From IMG/VR virus record IMGVR_UViG_3300025861_000007: a DNA stretch of 64,000 nt; one strand, written 5' to 3'. Each line of letters opens with the position of its first letter. Positions within the stretch are counted from its first letter, which is position 1. The notes beneath the pieces were generated by a model. That model did no database searches. It had not been told where the DNA came from and saw only the letters and a program-made list of their open reading frames with translations. Both the position numbers and the translations under genes were made by a program. Shown piece by piece: positions 56,665 to 64,000 of the stretch. The DNA is from a virus.

Positions 56665-58410
56665 TTAATCACACGGTATAAAAATATACGGTGGTAATGG
56701 TCCACTTTTACATTGTCCACAAAGATTTGAATCAGGTTGGACTATTTGTGATCCTCCGAATGTATCGGGTCTACAATATCTTCTACAATCAACAAAGAAG
56801 TTATTTCTAATCTCTAGGACATTTAATGGTTTTTCATAAAATCTTAATTGTGATAATTCACCTTCAAAAGTACCTGCAAAATTTTCTTGTAATAATTGGT
56901 TTCTATCTGCCATATCAGGACCACCAAAAGTTTGACTTTCTGCTAAACCTTGTGTTCCACCACCCCAACTCATGTTAAATGGTACCCCAATTTGTTTATC
57001 ACTCCACTCATTAAGAGCACGAAGTTGTAGACCAATGAAATCTTCTACTTTATACTTAACCAAACCATTAACCCAAAATCTTAAAGTCCCTGACGGTAAA
57101 GTATTTTTAATACCACTACCTGCTGTATAAGTTACAGCAATGTGATTCCAAGTATTACCTGTTGGCACCATATTAGGTTCTGAATAACCCTCTTCCATTG
57201 TAGTACCTGTAATTCTAAATTTATTGTTGAAACAGTTACCAGCAACAGTCATTTTTCTATAACCAATTCGGCCGTCATCGGTAATTCTAAACCCTAAAGC
57301 ATTTTCAGATAATTGGTCACAATAATTTGATGTTTTACCTGTTGTTACACTACTTTGTGTATTTCCAGTACATCCACTACAACATGTATTACAACAACCA
57401 AAATCCCAACCAAAATCAGAAATGGCAAACCAATTTTGACCACCATCTATAATATTTGATTCGTATTCTGTTGAAGCAGTCCAAGATAATGGTATTCCCG
57501 TAGAAGTTTCTAAACCTGTTTCACCTGAAAACTCATTCCAAAATTTATTTTCAGCTCTTGTACCGATATAAAAGAAGAAGTTTTTATTATTAGGATAAAC
57601 ATCATTTAAAGTAGTACCTGTAATACAAACTGTATCCCCCGAAGTTTCACCCGTAATACATTGACAGTATTCATTATCCCATTTAATCCAAGTTTCCATG
57701 GACCAACCTACTGGAAAATCTGTTGGCATTACTTGCCAAGCGGTAGTTGCTGAAACGGCGGATAATGTATAACCACTATGTCCGCAATCATCAACCGTTA
57801 ATATTTTTGTTGGTGCTGGTTTTTCGGTGTCTAATTTAAAGAATCCTTGATAGAATCCACCATCCAAACAAACTGTATTACCAACAGGACATCCTGCAGC
57901 ACTTGTAGTACCTGAATGAAATACCCAAGGATAATAATATAATCCAGAACTTACTGTACATCCCGTTGTACAACCTGAAGTACTTCCTGAAGTACAACCT
58001 GTTAAATTATAAGTAATTGTATAACCAGTAACGGGATATAAAACTAATTTTGTATCGGCAGATGTGATAACTAAAGTTTCACCCGATAAACAATCAACCC
58101 TACCATTATCAACACCCGTTAACCCCCAATCATGTAATGTAAAACCTGAAGACGGGGTTATAGTCTTACCCGACCATTCAATTAATGAAGTTAAAGAAGT
58201 ACCATCTAAAGTAGTACCACTTTTATTAATATCAAACCAAACAACCAAACCGTCAGATACAATATCATATTTACAAGAATCTTTACAGTTTGTGGCATAA
58301 TTTAAACAATCACCAATCCTATCGGGAGTAAGATTGAAATCCCAATATTCGTTGTATACTAAATGTATACCGTCAAAGTTTTTAAAGTAGTAATTGTTGT
58401 TAATATCCAT
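56665..58410 (-). CDS. Cys-rich LamG/ConA-like virion protein
   Basis: WSMETWIKW, WNHIAVTY, FWVNG, FEGELSQLRFYEKPL. Confidence 0.75.
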   Translation of the reverse strand: MDINNNYYFKNFDGIHLVYNEYWDFNLTPDRIGDCLNYATNCKDSCKYDIVSDGLVVWFDINKSGTTLDGTSLTSLIEWSGKTITPSSGFTLHDWGLTGVDNGRVDCLSGETLVITSADTKLVLYPVTGYTITYNLTGCTSGSTSGCTTGCTVSSGLYYYPWVFHSGTTSAAGCPVGNTVCLDGGFYQGFFKLDTEKPAPTKILTVDDCGHSGYTLSAVSATTAWQVMPTDFPVGWSMETWIKWDNEYCQCITGETSGDTVCITGTTLNDVYPNNKNFFFYIGTRAENKFWNEFSGETGLETSTGIPLSWTASTEYESNIIDGGQNWFAISDFGWDFGCCNTCCSGCTGNTQSSVTTGKTSNYCDQLSENALGFRITDDGRIGYRKMTVAGNCFNNKFRITGTTMEEGYSEPNMVPTGNTWNHIAVTYTAGSGIKNTLPSGTLRFWVNGLVKYKVEDFIGLQLRALNEWSDKQIGVPFNMSWGGGTQGLAESQTFGGPDMADRNQLLQENFAGTFEGELSQLRFYEKPLNVLEIRNNFFVDCRRYCRPDTFGGSQIVQPDSNLCGQCKSGPLPPYIFIPCD

Positions 58411-58560
58411 TAACTATAAATATTAGGATATTGGTTATATGATAACCCAATTTTTAGGTGATCCTGTCAAACTATTTATAGCTGAAATACTAGCATTTGT
58501 TTGAAAATCCCAATAAGTTACAACTTTATTATTGGAATTGAATACGCCTCTACTCATTTA

Positions 58561-61008
58561 TTATGTGTAATCATTACCCACAGTCCAATACATAGCAGAA
58601 CCGTTATACGTGAAACTTAATATATCTATAGCGTTAGCTGTTGCTGTTAATGTTGGTGATCCACCCCCACCGTTTACCACTCTATGTGTTGATGCCGCAC
58701 CATTTACGGTACCAAAAGTTAAAGTACGTGAACCGACAGCATCCTGTTGTACTATAATAGTACCATATTCACCATTTCTAACATTAGTTAAATTTAATGT
58801 TGTGTTACCCGTTAAAGTTGTTTGATAATTTGTTGAATTTCCTGATACATCCCAAGTAAATGTTGTTGTAGAAGGTTGTGGGTAGTAAGGATCAATTGTA
58901 GGTCCACTAGAACCACCACCACCAGTTGTACCAGTTACCACAAATCCGTTGGCGTCTAAACCTAAATTTATTACAGATGTTCCCGTACCTATGATACCTA
59001 TGTTTAAATTAGGGACATAAGTTGTGTTTGAACTAACGTTTGTTAAGTTATCAACACCTAAGACTGTAATTTTTGTTTTATCATCACCTATTGTATTGTG
59101 ACTACCACCGATAATATTAATAAAAGTATTACCACTGTTTATTGTATTACCAATACCGTTAATTATAGCATTAAAGTGTGTGTCATTAGTAATACCAATA
59201 CCGTACGCGTATATCGTATTACCACTAGTGTTTAATAATAAATTACCTACGTGATTTGTTATACCCGCATCATTATTACCAACTATAGTGTCATATAATG
59301 AATTTATTAATGTGGATTGATAATTAACACTATCTATGAGGGAGTTCTCTGTGTTTATCATAACACCCCCATCACTAGTAGTTCCACCAGATATAACAAT
59401 AGCAGCTGAATCAAACATCAACCAAGGACCTGTTGAATTTAGATTAAGGTCTGCAGAATTTATAATAAATGGATTGTTTATACCCACAAAATTAGATTGA
59501 GATACGGTAAATAGTTTTAAATCATTACTATTAGATGCATAAACCCCAGTACTGTTAAAACTAACAGATTCATCGGAACTTATAAAAGTATTGGGGTCCC
59601 CATCACCACCAAAGATAAATGAAAGTTGTGAGGAACTAACTGTATTGTTATTTGTATTTAATACTATAGATTTATAGGATTCAAAAATACTACTATCAGT
59701 ACTACCTATAATTGTTGAATATGATGATGAGTTTGAAGTACCTGTAATACCACATCCCTTACTACCGATAATAGTTTCATGAACACCTATCTCAACAGGA
59801 CCATGTATTGTATTATCCCTACCACCAATAATAGATGCGTATGTATGTTGGTTTACTGTATTACCAGAACCACCCATAATTGATGAGTAGTTGGAACCAC
59901 TAATAATTGTGTTGTAAATACCATTTATAATAGTGGCCGCATTACTAGAATCTAAGTTATTATAACCACCGTTAATAATTGAAGAAGCTAATGACTGACT
60001 TAAATAATTACCTCTACCATTAGTGATTTCACTATATCTAGAGTTATATACCGTATTACCAGAACCAGAACCAATTAAATCATAAGTCGCTGTCGATAAT
60101 GTATCAATTATCTTATTTTGTTTACCAGAGTTTATGACACTATGAGCAACAGCCCTACCTAATTCATTTTGAAGTCCATTTACTATAGTACTATAACTAC
60201 TAGCGCTAATAATATTACTATTACCATTTAATATTGTAATACTATTATTACCGCCTTGTACCATATTATTTAAAGTACCAGTACCTATTAAACAATATGT
60301 TTGATTTGTTCCACTAATAGCGTTACTTAAACCACCAAGAATAGTATTGTAAGTACCACCTTCAAGTGGTAGGTATATAGTGTTCGTATTACCGTTTAAT
60401 ATTGAATTATATTGGGTAAAACTATTAACTCTTTGGATTAAGTTATTCTGACCACCACCAATGAATGAATATCTACTGTTTATGATGTCGTTAGTTAATC
60501 CATTAACAATGGTAGAACCTTGTGATGTTGTTGATGTACCTGAAATTTCATTACCAGTACCACCTAAAATTACACTATAATTCGAATATGTTGTGTTACT
60601 CCCTGAAAGTGGGATAATATCACCTGAGTTTGAACCAAAAATATAAGGTCCAGTACTACCTGTTAAAAGAGTGGATGCTGGGTACCAAGTAACACGACCT
60701 GTCGCATCTAAACCACCTAAAATATATCCTGTTACATCAACAGTTGTTGTACCTGTTGATCCACTTTGTAAAATAATTGGGGGTTCTACGATAAAAGATG
60801 AAGGTTCACCGATATTAATATAACCAGCAACACCGGCAATAACATATTGTGTACTAGCTGACGTACTACCTGTAAAATCTAATAAAGGTCCGTTTATACG
60901 GATAAAACCATTATTATCTATATAAGTTTGACCTGACAAAGAAATGGTTTCACCACTCCATTGTACTATTTGTCTATCTTCAAAATGGGGTCTAGTTAAA
61001 AATGGCAT
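58561..61008 (-). CDS. Tail fibre / receptor-binding protein with IIGGxxN-type repeats
   Basis: Dozens of (S/T)I(I/L)(G/N)GxxN units; C-terminal IVQQDAVGSRTLTF...DILSFTYNG. Confidence 0.8.
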   Translation of the reverse strand: MPFLTRPHFEDRQIVQWSGETISLSGQTYIDNNGFIRINGPLLDFTGSTSASTQYVIAGVAGYINIGEPSSFIVEPPIILQSGSTGTTTVDVTGYILGGLDATGRVTWYPASTLLTGSTGPYIFGSNSGDIIPLSGSNTTYSNYSVILGGTGNEISGTSTTSQGSTIVNGLTNDIINSRYSFIGGGQNNLIQRVNSFTQYNSILNGNTNTIYLPLEGGTYNTILGGLSNAISGTNQTYCLIGTGTLNNMVQGGNNSITILNGNSNIISASSYSTIVNGLQNELGRAVAHSVINSGKQNKIIDTLSTATYDLIGSGSGNTVYNSRYSEITNGRGNYLSQSLASSIINGGYNNLDSSNAATIINGIYNTIISGSNYSSIMGGSGNTVNQHTYASIIGGRDNTIHGPVEIGVHETIIGSKGCGITGTSNSSSYSTIIGSTDSSIFESYKSIVLNTNNNTVSSSQLSFIFGGDGDPNTFISSDESVSFNSTGVYASNSNDLKLFTVSQSNFVGINNPFIINSADLNLNSTGPWLMFDSAAIVISGGTTSDGGVMINTENSLIDSVNYQSTLINSLYDTIVGNNDAGITNHVGNLLLNTSGNTIYAYGIGITNDTHFNAIINGIGNTINSGNTFINIIGGSHNTIGDDKTKITVLGVDNLTNVSSNTTYVPNLNIGIIGTGTSVINLGLDANGFVVTGTTGGGGSSGPTIDPYYPQPSTTTFTWDVSGNSTNYQTTLTGNTTLNLTNVRNGEYGTIIVQQDAVGSRTLTFGTVNGAASTHRVVNGGGGSPTLTATANAIDILSFTYNGSAMYWTVGNDYT

Positions 61009-61009
61009 A

Positions 61010-62149
61010 TTATATTACGAACATTCCTAAAGGTCTATATTGTAATGCTTTATTTAACATCTCAGCCTCAGTAGCCTTACGTGTTAACATAGCGTCAGGT
61101 CTCAATCTCTCTAACCTTTCATTAAGTCTTTCCATTAAAGCTGTTTTATCTTCTTTAGCTTCACTTAATAACGATTCGTAGTCCATTGTAACTTCAGCAT
61201 CAGTAACACCAAGTGCACCACCGAATTTACCACGAACTCTACCTAGGGTTTCTTTACATAAAGCGGTAAAATAATCCCTTACCCATTGTTTTGATGGGCT
61301 ATTTAATTCACTAAAATTAACAACATCGACAGGAACGTCTGAAGGTAATTTAACAATATCTTTATTTGCGTTTAAACATCTTTGTCTATCTTCATCAGAA
61401 GTTGTTTCATAGTACCAATACCAAACCTTACTACCTGTAACGTTTATACGTTGTCCACCAATACCACCACCAAATACTAATCTACTACCTGGAGTAGACA
61501 TTAAGTGGAGTAATTTAGTTCCATTAGGACCGCCTGTAATTTTATATACAAGGTCCGAACTAATCATTCTTTGTTTTAAATTGTAATCAGCATTTCTTAA
61601 TGCAATATCAAAGGCTGGGGCTAAATAAAAACCACCATAACCGAAACCACCTGCCGCAGCACCATAAGGTAATTGACCTACACCACCACCAAATCCGTAA
61701 TCTCCGAATCCGTAGTTAGAATATAATGCGTAATCAATTGTTGGTGGTTGGAAGTATAATACTTCGTTTATTTCTCTACCAGCTGGTATGGAATAAACTT
61801 GTTGTCCTGCTTGAATTGTAACGAAATCTTGTTTCAATTCCCAAGGACCTCTAGCTTGTAAACCAACGATTTTGGAATAGGCATAAGTGAAAGAATCTTC
61901 ATACCCTAAACTTCTTGTTGTTAAAGCTTTTGCTAAATCAGCTGTATCTAAGTTAATACCATCTAAAGATGACCATTGGGTTTCAATTAACCAGTCATTG
62001 ATGTAGGATGAATGGTCTTCAATTGCAATCTCCAATAAAGTGCACATTTGTTCATCCTCCAACTCAATTTTTCTAAGTGGAGCTCCCAATCTATGTCTTA
62101 CTTGACGAAATAATTTTTGTTTTTCTGCTTCTTCTATTTGTAGCGACAT
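61010..62149 (-). CDS. Neck protein (T4 gp13-like)
   Basis: RLGAPLRKIELEDEQ, WVRDYFTALCKETLGRVRGKF. Confidence 0.7.
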   Translation of the reverse strand: MSLQIEEAEKQKLFRQVRHRLGAPLRKIELEDEQMCTLLEIAIEDHSSYINDWLIETQWSSLDGINLDTADLAKALTTRSLGYEDSFTYAYSKIVGLQARGPWELKQDFVTIQAGQQVYSIPAGREINEVLYFQPPTIDYALYSNYGFGDYGFGGGVGQLPYGAAAGGFGYGGFYLAPAFDIALRNADYNLKQRMISSDLVYKITGGPNGTKLLHLMSTPGSRLVFGGGIGGQRINVTGSKVWYWYYETTSDEDRQRCLNANKDIVKLPSDVPVDVVNFSELNSPSKQWVRDYFTALCKETLGRVRGKFGGALGVTDAEVTMDYESLLSEAKEDKTALMERLNERLERLRPDAMLTRKATEAEMLNKALQYRPLGMFVI

Positions 62150-62200
62150 GTGGACTTTATTTGATAAATATCCACAACATAGATTAATGATAAGTTAATA

Positions 62201-62404
62201 TTACATTTTTAACTTCTTGATTGGACCCATTTTTATTAGTTCTTTAAATAAGTCCTCATCTATCGTTACTTCTGTATTAGTTTCACCCATAACAGTACTG
62301 ATAATATCTCTTTTTCTTTGTAGAATATTAAAGATTTGGATATCTAAAGTGTTGTCAGCAATAGGGTAGTAGATATTAACAGTATTTTGTTGACCGATAC
62401 GGTA
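62201..62404 (-). pseudogene. Stranded alternative 3' end of the SNF2 helicase
   Basis: YRIGQQNTVNIYYPIADNTLDIQIFNILQRKRDIIS aligns with the helicase WRIGVEHIVNVYYPIAVGTIDEMIYNVLDKKKRIIS. Confidence 0.85.
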
Positions 62405-62444
62405 AAATTTTGTCCTAATCAGTATGCCCACATATTTATATAAT

Positions 62445-63158
62445 ATGAAAGGTGTGTACTTAATTAAAAATATTAAAACAGGAAAAGTCTATATTGGTTC
62501 TAGTATTAAGTTAGAGGCTAGGGAACAAAGACACTTTAAAAATTTAATAGATGGTAATCACCATTCTAATAAATTACAAAATTCATATAATAAATACGGT
62601 AAAGATTTTTTTATTTTTGAATCTATTGAAGAGTATGAAGAAATAGATAACAATAAGTTAATTCAAAGGGAACAATATTGGATTGATTATTATAACAGTT
62701 ACAATAATGGTTATAATTGTAGACCTAAAGCTGAAAATAATTATGGACATGAACACTCTGAAGAAACTAAAAAATTAATGTCTAAATTACATAGCGGTAA
62801 AAATAATGCTATGTATGGTAGGAAATTATCTGAAGAAACTAAAGAAAAAATTAGACAAAAGATGTTGGGGAGATTTGTTAGTGAAGAAACTAAAGAAAAA
62901 AAGAGAAAGATTGCGTTAAATAGAAAACACTCTAAAAAAACTAAACTTAAACAAAGTAGAATTAAAAAATCAAAACCAATATTACAATTAGATAAAAATT
63001 TTAAGATAGTGAAAGAGTGGTATTCTAAACGTGAGCCTTTACGTGAATTGGGTGTTAGAGTAGATTACGTGGTTAAAAGTAAAAATAAATTTTCTAAGGG
63101 TTTCTATTGGGTATATAAAAATGAATATGAATTATTTTTTAAAAATAGAACTAATTAA
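62445..63158 (+). CDS. GIY-YIG homing endonuclease
   Basis: MKGVYLIKN..TGKVYIGSS, REQYWID, NUMOD3 repeats; ATATTTAT at 62432. Confidence 0.9.
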   Translation: MKGVYLIKNIKTGKVYIGSSIKLEAREQRHFKNLIDGNHHSNKLQNSYNKYGKDFFIFESIEEYEEIDNNKLIQREQYWIDYYNSYNNGYNCRPKAENNYGHEHSEETKKLMSKLHSGKNNAMYGRKLSEETKEKIRQKMLGRFVSEETKEKKRKIALNRKHSKKTKLKQSRIKKSKPILQLDKNFKIVKEWYSKREPLRELGVRVDYVVKSKNKFSKGFYWVYKNEYELFFKNRTN

Positions 63159-63998
63159 ATCTTCAGATATATCAAGTTCTTCAAAATTTTCTCCTATAGC
63201 TTGTGATATTATACGTTTTTTCTTATCTAATACATTATATATCATCTCATCTATGGTACCAACGGCAATCGGATAGTAAACATTAACAATATGTTCAACC
63301 CCGATACGCCACGCACGATCCTCAGCTTGAGCATGGTTAGCAGGAACGAAATCTAAATCATTCATAATAACAATTTGTGCTGCAGTTAAAGTGATGGCAG
63401 AACCTGCTGAAATAAGATTACCAACAAAAACCATAACATTTGGGTTTTCTTGGAATTGGTCTATTGAGTTTTGTTTTTGTTTCTCGTTCATTCTACCGTT
63501 ATGTCCAACAGCTAGTTTACCAAAATGTGACATTAAAGCATCAAATGAATGTGTGAAGTTGGTGAAGATAATTACTTTCTGACCATTTTCAATTGCCTGT
63601 TCAGCTAATTCAATACTGTGTCTAACTTTTTCTTCTGCCAAATATTTTCTAAGAACTACTAATTCAACCATGTGTCGACCAGCACCTAGATTTTTACCCT
63701 CACTTTTAGCCCATTCAAGATACTCATCAAAAACTCTTTCATATTTACCCATATCATCGAGTTCTATGTAGTAAGGTGATACAATTTTAGGTGGTAAATC
63801 TAGATGGTCTTCCTTCTTTCTTCTTAAGATTAAATTTTTAGTTCTTTTATGTAGTTCTTCCAAATTAGAAGCACCATCTGTAACCCAAATTATTCTTTCT
63901 TTACCTAATTTAGTTTTCTTTCTAAATCTTTTAGCTGCACAATAACGGAAAGCGTAGAACTGCCAGTTGGCAGTTACTGGGGAATTACAAAGATGTAA
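63132..63998 (-). CDS. SNF2-family (HARP/SMARCAL1-like) helicase, C-terminal part (5' end outside window)
   Basis: Frame open to window edge (FRYC...GASNLEELH); KVIIFTNF, GITL-like AITLTAA, HAQAEDRAWRIG. Confidence 0.9.
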   Translation of the reverse strand, partial: LHLCNSPVTANWQFYAFRYCAAKRFRKKTKLGKERIIWVTDGASNLEELHKRTKNLILRRKKEDHLDLPPKIVSPYYIELDDMGKYERVFDEYLEWAKSEGKNLGAGRHMVELVVLRKYLAEEKVRHSIELAEQAIENGQKVIIFTNFTHSFDALMSHFGKLAVGHNGRMNEKQKQNSIDQFQENPNVMVFVGNLISAGSAITLTAAQIVIMNDLDFVPANHAQAEDRAWRIGVEHIVNVYYPIAVGTIDEMIYNVLDKKKRIISQAIGENFEELDISEDLISSIFKK

Positions 63999-64000
63999 TA

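Noticed and set aside
58561-61008. Diversity-generating retroelement target in the tail fibre
   Set aside because: No reverse transcriptase or template/variable repeat pair seen in the window
651-63582. Many short antisense or out-of-frame track ORFs (for example 651..938, 18320..18841, 38795..39235, 47934..48332)
   Set aside because: Shadows of real genes on the other strand or frame, with poor protein composition
1-64000. CRISPR arrays, tRNA or rRNA genes
   Set aside because: No repeat-spacer periodicity or cloverleaf/T-loop signatures found by eye; a tRNAscan-SE run would be definitive
1-64000. Stop-codon reassignment as in some jumbo phages
   Set aside because: Core genes are full length in code 11, and the breaks found are frameshifts or insertions, not in-frame TAG/TGA

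Overview
A 64 kb, AT-rich segment of a large T4-like (jumbo) tailed phage, probably infecting Bacteroidota (TTTG-N19-TAnnTTTG promoters, A-rich leaders without Shine-Dalgarno sites, a DUF4494-like gene). The first ~25 kb (mostly + strand) is the head module: terminase, portal, prohead protease, scaffold and major capsid protein, plus a type II glutamine synthetase. The rest (mostly - strand) carries baseplate/tail/neck genes, a gp55-like sigma factor, a ~17 kb sugar-synthesis/glycosyltransferase cluster, family B DNA polymerase and a SNF2 helicase. There are five free-standing homing endonucleases and two internally deleted IS200/IS605 (tnpB/omegaRNA) remnants. Best lead: at least 8 unrelated, mostly late-promoter genes share an N-terminal leader (M-x3-I/V-x-K/R-I/L/V-L/I-x-E) resembling the T4 capsid-targeting/gp21 cleavage signal. 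They include a SprT protease, a WYL protein and a tRNA CCA-adding enzyme that is split into two genes by an endonuclease and fused to a 2H phosphoesterase, suggesting a virion-packaged tRNA-repair/counter-defence cargo system. All family calls are from motif recognition by eye; no database searches were run.
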